From an uncultured Erysipelotrichaceae bacterium (GTDB taxonomy: Bacteria; Bacillota_I; Bacilli_A; RFN20; CAG-826), in the NCBI GenBank assembly GCA_902785645.1, contig CACZZG010000004.1, forward strand, positions 819 to 64,818: 64,000 bases of DNA, in the 5' to 3' direction. This document shows, piece after piece, positions 21,878-31,629 of the stretch (position 1 is its first letter; each line of letters starts with the position of its first letter). The notes under the pieces are model-generated. The model saw only the letters and a list, made by a program, of their open reading frames with translations, did not search any database and was not told the origin of the DNA. Position numbers and translations under genes: made by a program.

Positions 21878-23083
21878 TTAGGCCTTTACTTTAACGCGTT
21901 TGAAATTGGTTAATAAAGCAATACCGTCTTTGTATTTGAGTTGTACTTCACCATTGATTAAAGGACGGATATATTCACGGAAGGATTCGTCCATTCTTGT
22001 GACGTCTTTCATCATTGATTGAGGAATTAAACTAACTGCATTTGCGACTTTGCTTAAATCTTCTAATTCAAAGTTAATTTTGTATGGATTATTGCTGACT
22101 CTCTTGAAGACAATCATCTTGCCAGTTTCGCCTTTTAATGCGGATTTTACAGCGATTTCGCCAGTTTTTATGGCTTCTTCACGGTCAACTTTACTAATGA
22201 AAACTGGGCATGCTCTTTGTGTGAGTGACAATTCAACAGCACGTGTTGGAAGGTTTAATTTATCTTCAACGATATGACACAAATCACTTGCTGCACCACC
22301 TAATTGAGCGTGACCAAATCCATCGACTCTAACGTTCTTCATATCTCTTGGGAATTGTAATCCTTCAGAAATACAAACCATTGCGTAACCTTCACGTTCA
22401 TATACAGCTTTGACATCCGCTAAGAATTGATCTAAGTCAAATTTGTTTTCAGGTAAATAGAATAAGTGAGGTCTGTTGTTTTCTGGTAAAACATCTGGGG
22501 AAGCGGTTAACCAACCAGCATCTCTACCCATAATTTCAACGATGTGAACTTTACCAACTTTGAAACAGCAAGCATCTTTAATTAAAGCATTAACTGTATT
22601 GATAACGAATTTGGCACAGCTTGGGAAACCTAATGAATGGTCTGTTGCGGCTAAGTCATTATCAATTGTTTTTGGAACACCGATAACAACGATGTCTAAG
22701 CCTAATTGCTTTACAAGTAAAGAAATCTTGTAGCAGGTATCCATGGAGTCGTTACCACCATTAATGAAAACGTATTTAATTTCATGTTTTCTTAAGTTTT
22801 CAATAATTTTCCCATAGATAGGATCGTTAATATCCTTAGGAAGTTTTCTTCTAGTTGTACCAAGAATGCTTCCTGGTGTTTGAAGTAATAATTCAATTTG
22901 TTCATCGTCTTCTTGACCGATGTCGATTAAGTTGTCATCAATTAGTCCTTCTACACCATTGACAGAACCATAGATGTGATCGATTTCATCAGGGTGACGT
23001 TGAGCTTCTCTGACAGCACCATAAAAGGAAGTGTTAATGACAGAGGTTGGTCCACCTGATTGAATGTAAACCATGTTTTTCAT
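21878..23083 (-). CDS. pfp: PfkA-family 6-phosphofructokinase with a PPi-dependent-type signature
   Basis: GGNDSMDT and VPKTIDNDL align to E. coli PfkA GGDGS and LPGTIDND. Asp at position 104 and Lys at position 124 are the PPi-PFK discriminators. The gene ends 3 nt before atpI. Confidence 0.8.
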   Translation of the reverse strand: MKNMVYIQSGGPTSVINTSFYGAVREAQRHPDEIDHIYGSVNGVEGLIDDNLIDIGQEDDEQIELLLQTPGSILGTTRRKLPKDINDPIYGKIIENLRKHEIKYVFINGGNDSMDTCYKISLLVKQLGLDIVVIGVPKTIDNDLAATDHSLGFPSCAKFVINTVNALIKDACCFKVGKVHIVEIMGRDAGWLTASPDVLPENNRPHLFYLPENKFDLDQFLADVKAVYEREGYAMVCISEGLQFPRDMKNVRVDGFGHAQLGGAASDLCHIVEDKLNLPTRAVELSLTQRACPVFISKVDREEAIKTGEIAVKSALKGETGKMIVFKRVSNNPYKINFELEDLSKVANAVSLIPQSMMKDVTRMDESFREYIRPLINGEVQLKYKDGIALLTNFKRVKVKA

Positions 23084-23111
23084 ATTTCATTCTCCTTAAT
23101 AAATCGCTTTA

Positions 23112-23140
23112 ATTATCGCAATATTCTTTTGAATATTCAA
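23112..23140 (-). promoter_or_regulatory. Candidate sigma-A promoter for the pfk-atp unit
   Basis: Read on the minus strand: TTGAAT (23140..23135), 17-nt spacer, GATAAT (23117..23112). The -35 lies inside the 12-bp palindrome ttgaatattcaa (23129..23140). Confidence 0.45.
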
Positions 23141-23365
23141 TTAAAACCGGTTGCGTCTAAAAATTATATTTTTCCTTTGCTGATTTGTTTATCCTTTTAG
23201 TAAACATTCAAAATGATTATAAAATTAACCCACTTATTTCAATTTTTGTTAACGGAAAAATGCGTTTTTAATCTCTTTGATTTTTTCGGCCTATTTTATT
23301 TATTTGATAAAATAACGGAATTACATTAAAATTTTAAATGTATTAAGACATAAAGGAGAAAAAAC

Positions 23366-25003
23366 ATGTCATTCAACGTTACTTTTAATAAGGAAACAAA
23401 AACATACGATAAACCAATCAGCGTATTAGATGTTGTTGGTAAATCAAAAGATATCGTTTGTGCTTACGTCAATAAGCGTGTTCGTGAACTCACTTATATG
23501 TTAGATAAGGATTCTGAAGTAGTCCCATTAACAACTTCCGATAGAGATGCAAAACCAATTTATGAAGCATCACTTAGATTCTTGGTCGCTATGGCTATGC
23601 ATAATATTAGACCAGAAATCGAGATCCGCTTCTCTTACAACATCTCTCGTTCAATCTTTATGCAAATCCTTACACCAGGTGTTACAAGCAACATCCAAAT
23701 GGTTAAAGATTTAGAAAAAGAAATGAACCGTATCGTCGAATCCGATTTCCCATTAGTGAGAAGTATCGTCAATAAAGACGAAGCTGCAAAAATCTTTACT
23801 AGAGAAGGTTTCCAAGACAAAGTCGATATTTTAAAATATCGTCCAGAGAAAACCGCGCACATTTATACATGCGAAGGTTACAAAAACTATATGTATAACC
23901 GTATGGTTCCATCCACTGGTTATATCAACAAATGGAAAATTAGATTCTACCACCCAGGTGTTATTATCCAATATCCACGTCCAGAAGTTGGTGGACAAAT
24001 TCCTCAATTCGAAGATGCCCCTACTTTCGGTAAGACTCTTAAGAGTGCTCACCAATGGGCAAAATCTACAGGTTGTGACACCATCTGCGGTATCAACAAG
24101 AGAATTGAATCCGACGGACCAATTGATTTCATCACTCTTTGTGAGCAAAGACACAATCGTCAATTGTGCGATTTGGGCCAAATGATTGAAGATGATAAAG
24201 AAAGTATCCGTTTAATTTGTATTGCCGGTCCTTCATCCTCGGGAAAAACCACATTCGCTAACAGATTAAGAATTGAATTATTATCACGTGGATTAAATCC
24301 AATCCGTATTTCCATGGATGATTACTACTTACAAAGAGATCAAGCTCCAAAAGATGAAGATGGCAATCCAGATTTAGAAGACGTTAATGCTTTAGACATT
24401 AAATTATTCAATGAAAATATGGCTGATCTCATCGCTGGTGAACCAGTTGATCTTCCAAAATTCGATTTCAAACTTGGTAAGAGAGTCCCTGGCAGAAGAT
24501 TACAAATTCCAACTGACCAACCAATCATCATTGAAGGCATTCATGCCTTAAATGAAAAAATGACTTCATCAATTCCAAGTCACCAAAAATTCAAAATCTT
24601 CATTGCTCCACAAGCACAAGTCAATATTGATAACCACAATCCATTATCATTAACAGACTTAAGACTATTAAGAAGAATTATTCGTGACTATCGCACACGT
24701 AATGCTTCCGCAGAAGACACAATGAGTATGTGGCCAAGCGTCCGTAAAGGTGAATTCAAATCAATTTATAACACTCAAGAAGGCGCAAACTATGTTTATA
24801 ACAGCTTCTCCTCATTTGAATTATCAGCAATGAAGAAATATGCTATGCCATTACTCCAAAACATCGACACGGAAAGTCAATACTTCCCAGTCGCTGAAAG
24901 ATTAATTCGTATGCTTAAATTCTTCGATGACTTACCAGATGAATGGGTCCCATGTAATTCCATCATTCGTGAATTCATCGGTGGCAGCTGCTACGAAGAC
25001 TAA
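23366..25003 (+). CDS. Uridine/nucleoside kinase-family protein with a long TGS/ThrRS-like N-terminal extension
   Basis: CIAGPSSSGKTTFANRL P-loop, IIEGIHALN and LRRIIRDYRTRN (PRK/Udk-like). AAAGGAG SD. Confidence 0.75.
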   Translation: MSFNVTFNKETKTYDKPISVLDVVGKSKDIVCAYVNKRVRELTYMLDKDSEVVPLTTSDRDAKPIYEASLRFLVAMAMHNIRPEIEIRFSYNISRSIFMQILTPGVTSNIQMVKDLEKEMNRIVESDFPLVRSIVNKDEAAKIFTREGFQDKVDILKYRPEKTAHIYTCEGYKNYMYNRMVPSTGYINKWKIRFYHPGVIIQYPRPEVGGQIPQFEDAPTFGKTLKSAHQWAKSTGCDTICGINKRIESDGPIDFITLCEQRHNRQLCDLGQMIEDDKESIRLICIAGPSSSGKTTFANRLRIELLSRGLNPIRISMDDYYLQRDQAPKDEDGNPDLEDVNALDIKLFNENMADLIAGEPVDLPKFDFKLGKRVPGRRLQIPTDQPIIIEGIHALNEKMTSSIPSHQKFKIFIAPQAQVNIDNHNPLSLTDLRLLRRIIRDYRTRNASAEDTMSMWPSVRKGEFKSIYNTQEGANYVYNSFSSFELSAMKKYAMPLLQNIDTESQYFPVAERLIRMLKFFDDLPDEWVPCNSIIREFIGGSCYED

Positions 25004-25013
25004 TTAAACAAAC

Positions 25014-25050
25014 AAAAAAAGAACCCGCTTTGCGGGTTTTTCTTTTTTTT
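25014..25050. terminator. Bidirectional intrinsic terminator
   Basis: Hairpin acccgc-ttt-gcgggt (25023..25037), flanked by an A7 run and a T-rich run. It lies between convergent genes. Confidence 0.8.
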
Positions 25051-26185
25051 AAATATCATTAGATTCTCTTTTGAGGTTTTGCCATGCTTTGAAATTGGCA
25101 ATTTCTCTCTTGTGAATATTCACTAATTGAGAATAATAAACATTTCTCATTTCAATGTAGCGATCCATTTGCTCTTTAGAAACATTTTTAGCAAATAAAG
25201 ACATAAATACCTTTTCTAATCTAAAGAACGATTCATAAAGAGATAATAATGTCACAAAATAGAAGTATTCTTTATTAGAGTAGATAAGCATAGGAGTGCT
25301 GTGAATGATTTCGCTACTCATTTCATATCGACTAGCATAAGCGGATAACCCCGCAAATTTTTCTAATCCATCGCGGAAATTAAGTTTATATTGTTCAGGA
25401 TTATTGAATTCAGGTATCTCATATAGCCAGCCGTATTCAATATACTTTTTAATATCTTTACTCTTTAAATCGTATTTTTTCATTTCTTCCTTCATGTCAT
25501 TAAAAATACGAGTTCCATATTCATCTTCTCTATCTTCTTTTTTGAAGACAATTCCGTATTGCATGTGAATCAAATAACGATTAATTAATGGATCTCCATA
25601 TTTATCTAAAAGAAGAAGTGTGCATTCACATTCATGAAGTGTTCTCCAAGAAGAAAACGCTTCAGTTTCATACCCATCAGTAATAAGACCGAGGATACAA
25701 CGAGAAATAGATACAGATTTCATTAACAAATCAGATATCAAAGTAGTCTTTGGATCATTCCTTTTGTAGCTTTGTAAAATGTTCAACATGAAATTCAAAT
25801 ATAGGTTAAGAGAAGAAACTGGAGGAATGTATTTATTCGCTAGTTTTCTCTCGACGTGATTGAACATTGAAAGAGATAAATATTTATCACTTGCAACAGA
25901 AGCGATGGAAGTAATATATTTCTCATTTCCGACTAATGATTCTTTTTGCTCTTTTGTATAACCAAGGTTGGTATAGGTATATTCTCCAAGGCAATAATAA
26001 AGAATATCGATAGGATTAACGTTTCTAATACCAGAAATGATATTGCTATTAACTAATTCTTCAATACCTTCACTAGTGGTGAGGTAAATTTGATATAGCA
26101 AATCTTTATTGATGTCATTGCTGTTGCTAAATTGATCAACGATGCGGTCAAATTGACTGCGATCAAATATAGTTATCTTACTCAA
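25049..26185 (-). CDS. Hypothetical helical protein, third gene of the addB-addA operon
   Basis: TTG start at 26185..26183, with a GGGGAGGT SD 8 nt upstream. It overlaps the addA stop by 8 nt. I recognise no family motif. Confidence 0.6.
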   Translation of the reverse strand: MSKITIFDRSQFDRIVDQFSNSNDINKDLLYQIYLTTSEGIEELVNSNIISGIRNVNPIDILYYCLGEYTYTNLGYTKEQKESLVGNEKYITSIASVASDKYLSLSMFNHVERKLANKYIPPVSSLNLYLNFMLNILQSYKRNDPKTTLISDLLMKSVSISRCILGLITDGYETEAFSSWRTLHECECTLLLLDKYGDPLINRYLIHMQYGIVFKKEDREDEYGTRIFNDMKEEMKKYDLKSKDIKKYIEYGWLYEIPEFNNPEQYKLNFRDGLEKFAGLSAYASRYEMSSEIIHSTPMLIYSNKEYFYFVTLLSLYESFFRLEKVFMSLFAKNVSKEQMDRYIEMRNVYYSQLVNIHKREIANFKAWQNLKRESNDI

Positions 26186-29100
26186 TTTCTTTTACCTCCC
26201 CTGTAATAGCTCCAATCAAATACATTTTAATTGGTAAATCAGTGATTTGCTTAATGTAATCACAATATGTATGAAGCTGCAAGACATATTTATCATCATC
26301 TAGGTGTTTTAGTTTGAAATCAATAATGTCAACTTCATCATCTTTTAATAACAAACAGTCAATAATACCATTTGTGTGATTTTGCTCATCTTTGAAAGGA
26401 AATTCATGTAAAACTTGGCTATTTTTAACATTTTTGAACAAATCTTGGCTAATAACATTATTAACATATTTGCGTTTTCTAAAGTCCTTAATCATCGAAA
26501 GATCCTTGGTTTCAAAATTCACATTTTCAAGTAAATAATGGATCTCGTTACCAAACTCTAATAGCTTTTCGTCGGCATCTATATCAAGTTCTTTGCTTGC
26601 TCTTTTTATTGTTTTAACACTTTCTTTTACGTTTATTGAATCGAAAATAATGTTGCGACTTTCTAAAGAATTATTTTGGGAATTATCTGGCGTAAAAATA
26701 ACGTTTTCACAAGGAGTGCTAATAGGCAAATTTTTAAGATATTTCAGAATCGAACTAAAGGTGTTTGCTTTGGTTGGATTTAAAACTATTTTATCGCTCT
26801 TGGATTTCTTATCTATCATTATTAATTGTTCGCGAGCGCGAGTCATTCCAACATAAAGAAGTCTAAGTCTTTCTTCGAAGTCAGACAAAATTGTTTCTTG
26901 TTTAATAAGGTGTATAAATATTGAAGAATATTCGGCAATTCCGCTTATTGGGAAAATTATGCCATATTTATCGGTTACAGAGAATGAAGATCCACTGTCT
27001 TTGGTAAAATTAGAGGTTAATAAAGGCATATAAAGAATCGGCCATTCTAAACCTTTTGATTTATGGATAGTCATCAATGTCACTGAATCGCTAGCAACAT
27101 CATAATCTTCATATTCTAAGTCCAAGTTATTATCTTTAAGTTTATTAAAATAATCTATTAGTTCATCAAGAGAAAAACCAAGTTCATCCATCGATGAAGC
27201 GATATCAATAAACATATTAATTCTGTCTAGATTATTAGTGTATTTTTGCAATTTTGAACTCTTTTTATCGATAGCATAATCATCAATGATAGTTTTCACA
27301 ATTGAAGCCAAAGGAGCGGTTTCAAAATAGCTCTTTCTCTTAAGTATTGAATTATAAAATTCACAATCCTTTAATGAATTGTTTGTGACGAGATTATAGA
27401 TTTCTTGATCCTTCATTTCATATAAATAGCTTCTTAAAATAGATACCATTGCGTGCTTAAATTCGCTGCTGTCAGTATTGTCATTTAAGATTTCATTTAT
27501 GATAACGAGAACATTCTTTGTCACAACGATAATATCGTTATTGAAGAATGAATCTTTATACATGATTTTAATTGGTACGCCACGTTGTGAAAAAACTTTT
27601 TTAAAAGTATCAAAGTGAGTTCCCTCACTAGCAATAATTGCAAAGTCTTTATAAGAACATGCTCTTAAACTGTTAGTGTCTTTATCAAAGATAAGGTTCT
27701 TATTTTTAATATGATTTAATATATCGTTAACAACAATATGTGCTTCACTTTCCCAGTTCTTTTCGCTTTCAGATTCATCATATTGGATAACATTCAAGCC
27801 GTAATTAATATTTGCGTCTTTTAAGTCATCATATATTTTTAAAGCATATTTAAATTTATGACCTTGCTGATAATCGATTGGATTAAATTCTTTCTTCATT
27901 AATGAAGAAAAACAACCGTTCACAACGTCACATATTTCTTCTCTGCTTCTATAACTTGCGTTCAAATTAATTAGTGTGCCGCCATCATTGTTGATATATT
28001 TATCAAAACGTTTTTGGAAAATTGTGCAATCAGCCCCTCTAAACTTGTAAATTGATTGCTTAATATCGCCAACCATACAAACGTTATTTCTTTCTATTTT
28101 ATTAATAACGGCTTCTTGTATAGGCGAAGTATCTTGATATTCATCTACCAATATATAATCAAAATACTGAGACATTTCTTCTTTTATTAGATTTATATCT
28201 AATAATGAAAGCGCCATAAATTGCATATCCGAGAATGAATATGCGTTCTTTTCTGTTTTGAATTGATCAAGTTTTTGTTCTAAATGTTTAACGATATCGA
28301 CAATTATTCTGGCGTCTTCTTTGGTAGATAAAAACGTTTCCTTGATATAAGAGGATGGTCCAAAACCTTTATTCTTATCATTAATGCCTAATGATATCAA
28401 AACATCATTTTTAATAGCTTTTCTTTTTTCTTTTTTCTCTTCATCGGCGTATTTACCTTTTTGTCCAGGAAATGATGATAAACTAATTTGATCGAATAAA
28501 GAATCGTAATTATGAGAATTGTTAAGTAAATTATCTAAATATTCAATGATGCTCTTCGAATCTTCTTCATTACCTAGATTATCGGCCTGAATAATCGCAT
28601 CATTAATAGCAGATACTTGTTCTTTATAAACATTCATCAATAAGTCATCGATTTTTTCTTCTCGGAAATATTCATTTGCCAATTTATCCAAACAACCGTA
28701 TTTATCTTGTTTAGATTCTACGTAGTCAGAAACTTTTAAAACAAAGTCACGAATCCTTGAATCATCTTTAATGCAATATTTTCTTATAAAAGAGTAAAAA
28801 ACACTATCTTTATTAGAATAAAGGTAGGTTAGGTATTCATCAATATATTCTCTTTTTTTAATCTTAATGATTGTTCCATCCAAATTAACAACATTTGGTG
28901 ATATTCCTAAAGTTGAGGCGTACTTTTTTACAATAAATAAAGCAAATGCATCAAAAGTCTCAATATGCGCAGTTTCAACTCGAGACGAAAGGTGAGATAA
29001 TTCAGGATCTTCTAATATCCTTTTTCTGATTCTATATTTCATCTCTGCGGCTGCAGCATTTGAGAATGTTAGCACCAAAAACCTTGAAATATCAGCACCG

Positions 29101-29234
29101 TTTTTCACTAATTGATAAATTCTTTCAGTTAATACAGCGGTTTTACCAGAACCAGCACCGGCTGAAATAAGACAGTTCCCGGAGGTATATGTTATAGCTT
29201 GTTTTTGTTCATCAGACCACTTGAAATCAGCCAT
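26178..29234 (-). CDS. addA: ATP-dependent helicase/nuclease AddA (UvrD/Rep-like plus RecB-type nuclease)
   Basis: AGAGSGKTAVLTERI Walker A, VDEYQDTS, IHKSKGLEW, VGMTRA, and the C-terminal nuclease GIIDCL...IIDFK. Confidence 0.9.
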   Translation of the reverse strand: MADFKWSDEQKQAITYTSGNCLISAGAGSGKTAVLTERIYQLVKNGADISRFLVLTFSNAAAAEMKYRIRKRILEDPELSHLSSRVETAHIETFDAFALFIVKKYASTLGISPNVVNLDGTIIKIKKREYIDEYLTYLYSNKDSVFYSFIRKYCIKDDSRIRDFVLKVSDYVESKQDKYGCLDKLANEYFREEKIDDLLMNVYKEQVSAINDAIIQADNLGNEEDSKSIIEYLDNLLNNSHNYDSLFDQISLSSFPGQKGKYADEEKKEKRKAIKNDVLISLGINDKNKGFGPSSYIKETFLSTKEDARIIVDIVKHLEQKLDQFKTEKNAYSFSDMQFMALSLLDINLIKEEMSQYFDYILVDEYQDTSPIQEAVINKIERNNVCMVGDIKQSIYKFRGADCTIFQKRFDKYINNDGGTLINLNASYRSREEICDVVNGCFSSLMKKEFNPIDYQQGHKFKYALKIYDDLKDANINYGLNVIQYDESESEKNWESEAHIVVNDILNHIKNKNLIFDKDTNSLRACSYKDFAIIASEGTHFDTFKKVFSQRGVPIKIMYKDSFFNNDIIVVTKNVLVIINEILNDNTDSSEFKHAMVSILRSYLYEMKDQEIYNLVTNNSLKDCEFYNSILKRKSYFETAPLASIVKTIIDDYAIDKKSSKLQKYTNNLDRINMFIDIASSMDELGFSLDELIDYFNKLKDNNLDLEYEDYDVASDSVTLMTIHKSKGLEWPILYMPLLTSNFTKDSGSSFSVTDKYGIIFPISGIAEYSSIFIHLIKQETILSDFEERLRLLYVGMTRAREQLIMIDKKSKSDKIVLNPTKANTFSSILKYLKNLPISTPCENVIFTPDNSQNNSLESRNIIFDSINVKESVKTIKRASKELDIDADEKLLEFGNEIHYLLENVNFETKDLSMIKDFRKRKYVNNVISQDLFKNVKNSQVLHEFPFKDEQNHTNGIIDCLLLKDDEVDIIDFKLKHLDDDKYVLQLHTYCDYIKQITDLPIKMYLIGAITGEVKEIE

Positions 29235-31548
29235 TATTTTTTACCTCCTCGTTGCTAGTATTTTTCTTCTTATTTTCTACTTTAAATTGAGATGACTTAA
29301 CAAAACATACATCTCTATGTTTACAGTATTCACAAGCATCATTACTACTTCCTACTTTTAGTGGGTTAATAGGAAACTCATTATTTCTTATTGCCTTATT
29401 GGCTTTTTTATAATTATTTAAAACTATATCTGCATAGTCTTTAAACTGTTGTTCGCTTGTTAAAGAAGCACTCTTATTAAATTCATTTCCTGCTTTGTTA
29501 AGAGCGACTCCATTAATAAATTCAGATTTGCATGAAGGAATTGTTATAAATGTGTTATCAATGCAATGAATCTTATCAATATCGACAATAACAGAACCAT
29601 TTAATTTGTAATAAGAAGGAATTAGTTTGTCTTTATCATCTTTTTCCTTAGAAATTGAATTATCTAAAATATTGTTGATAAATAATCCGATAACCTCATA
29701 GTTTTGTAACTCCTTATCGGAACCAACAAGCAAATAATACGTTGGAAGTTGCATTGATAATCCATATTCCAAAAGAGAACTATCAAATTTGTCTTTGCTG
29801 GTTTTATAATCTACAACAAAGATATATTGGTCTTTCAATACAACTGTTTTATCAATCTTTCCAGTTATTCTAGTGTTCTTATCGAGATAGAAAGAGAGAC
29901 TCTTTTCTGTATAAACTTTTGGAGAAGCCATGTGTTTATAGTGAAGCATGTTAGCTTTATTAACTTCTCGAAGCTGCTCAATGATGTTATCCAAAAGAGG
30001 TATTTCTTTTTCTTCAAATTCATAATTTTGTTTGTATTTGTTTACCGCCAAATCAAAGTCGAAATCAGGATCGAACTGATGTTGTAATACTTCATGACAA
30101 AAATTTCCATATCTAGTATTAAATGTTCCCTCATCCAACGATATCTTCAAAACTCGATCCAAATAATATTTAAAAGGACACTCAAAATACTCTGTAATTG
30201 ATGAGTATGAATGAGTTAAAAACATTTCATCATTCAAGGCATTAACGCCAGAATATTGATTGTCATAGTTATTGTATTCAATCTTGACGAGCTTATTTAG
30301 TGGATAATAATCTGGATGAATCTCTTGATAAAATGTTTTTAAATCCGTGTATTTGGCAAGGAAATATTCCGCCATATCTTTGGAAAAAAGAACATCTGGT
30401 AAATATTCTTTTGCTTTATTTAAACTCATTTGATTAATAAAAGGAGATAAAATATAGCTCTCAGAGCCAAATCTACTACAGAAAGAATAATAGAAATTGT
30501 TTTTACTCGCGAAAAAATCTAATAAAGTGTCTTCTTCGATTTGGGCTAAATCAAACGACGTATTTAAATGGTTTATTTCTCTTTGCTTGTCGCTTAAAAA
30601 CGAATCATCTTTATAATTTCTTGGATAAGACTTTTGGGCAAAGCCCAACACAAAGAAATGGGCGTCTTTTTTGTATATTGGTTTATTAATTACATGTACG
30701 ACATTTGTGTATTTATTTTTCAAAAAACTCGTACTTTTTAATTCACCGATGAAATAATCCATCTGTTTTTCAAAAGTTAGTTCTTTATCAAAACAGGATG
30801 TAACTGTTTCTTTAAATGTGTCGAGAATATCTTTATTTTCAATGTCATTTATGGTTTCGATAGATGAATCAAAATCTTTTGTTTCAGCATATTTATTCAA
30901 GAAAATCTCAGAAATTTTATATGTATATAGAGAATATGATTCTTCCAAATCGACACTAAAACCATATGTCTTAGCATATTTCATCAAGAAGTAATCATAA
31001 CTATTTGAATGACGATAAATATAAATATCGTTAATATCAGTGCCTTCTTTTATTAAAGAAGCAATCTTATTTAAAACGAAAAATACCTCATCAAGCAAAG
31101 TATCATAGCAATAGATATTTTGTTTATTAAATTCACGTTTATTCTCTTTAAAACTATATTCAATGTTTAAAATATCTAAAACAGTAACCAATTCTTTATC
31201 GTTTTTAGAATATCCAATTATTTCAATGTCTTTATCATTAAATAACATTGGGAGATAATCGTTTTTCACTAACATATCATTCTTGATAAGTTGCTCTTTG
31301 ATGGAATATAGTTCCGGGAAAGATGGACCCACAAAAGGTATTAAACGAATAAACGATTTGATATTGTCATAGGAATAATCTGTATTCTTTAATATGTAAA
31401 CAAAGGCTTGATCAGACAATCTTCCATAATAGTCAGATAGCAATGATTCTTTGGTGATCAATTTGACATCATAAAAAGGATTATCTTTTCGATATTCATT
31501 TAAAATATCTTGATGCATTTCTCTCGGCGCAATGACTAACTTTTTCAC
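29227..31548 (-). CDS. addB: AddB/RexB-type nuclease subunit, compact (no Walker A)
   Basis: RecB-family nuclease FVVDYKTSK. Fe-S cysteines ECPFKYY ... CEYCKHRDVC. Overlaps the addA start by 8 nt. The start is GTG 31548, so the start is uncertain (alternative ATG at 31518). Confidence 0.8.
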   Translation of the reverse strand: MKKLVIAPREMHQDILNEYRKDNPFYDVKLITKESLLSDYYGRLSDQAFVYILKNTDYSYDNIKSFIRLIPFVGPSFPELYSIKEQLIKNDMLVKNDYLPMLFNDKDIEIIGYSKNDKELVTVLDILNIEYSFKENKREFNKQNIYCYDTLLDEVFFVLNKIASLIKEGTDINDIYIYRHSNSYDYFLMKYAKTYGFSVDLEESYSLYTYKISEIFLNKYAETKDFDSSIETINDIENKDILDTFKETVTSCFDKELTFEKQMDYFIGELKSTSFLKNKYTNVVHVINKPIYKKDAHFFVLGFAQKSYPRNYKDDSFLSDKQREINHLNTSFDLAQIEEDTLLDFFASKNNFYYSFCSRFGSESYILSPFINQMSLNKAKEYLPDVLFSKDMAEYFLAKYTDLKTFYQEIHPDYYPLNKLVKIEYNNYDNQYSGVNALNDEMFLTHSYSSITEYFECPFKYYLDRVLKISLDEGTFNTRYGNFCHEVLQHQFDPDFDFDLAVNKYKQNYEFEEKEIPLLDNIIEQLREVNKANMLHYKHMASPKVYTEKSLSFYLDKNTRITGKIDKTVVLKDQYIFVVDYKTSKDKFDSSLLEYGLSMQLPTYYLLVGSDKELQNYEVIGLFINNILDNSISKEKDDKDKLIPSYYKLNGSVIVDIDKIHCIDNTFITIPSCKSEFINGVALNKAGNEFNKSASLTSEQQFKDYADIVLNNYKKANKAIRNNEFPINPLKVGSSNDACEYCKHRDVCFVKSSQFKVENKKKNTSNEEVKNNG

Positions 31549-31572
31549 ACAAATATTATAGAATTAGTCTAT

Positions 31573-31604
31573 AAAAAAATCAAATAGGTACACTGTACCT
31601 ATTT
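31573..31604 (-). terminator. Intrinsic terminator after glpK
   Basis: 10-bp stem aaataggtac/gtacctattt (31582..31604), followed on the minus strand by a T7 run (31573..31579). Confidence 0.8.
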
Positions 31605-31629
31605 GTTTTAATATTAAGATTTTAATCAA

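Noticed and set aside
23084-23365. The 280-nt AT-rich spacer upstream of the nucleoside-kinase-like gene. I examined it for a riboswitch or small RNA.
   Set aside because: It has no conserved riboswitch core, no stable stem pattern and no terminator-antiterminator pair. It is adequately explained by two divergent promoters.
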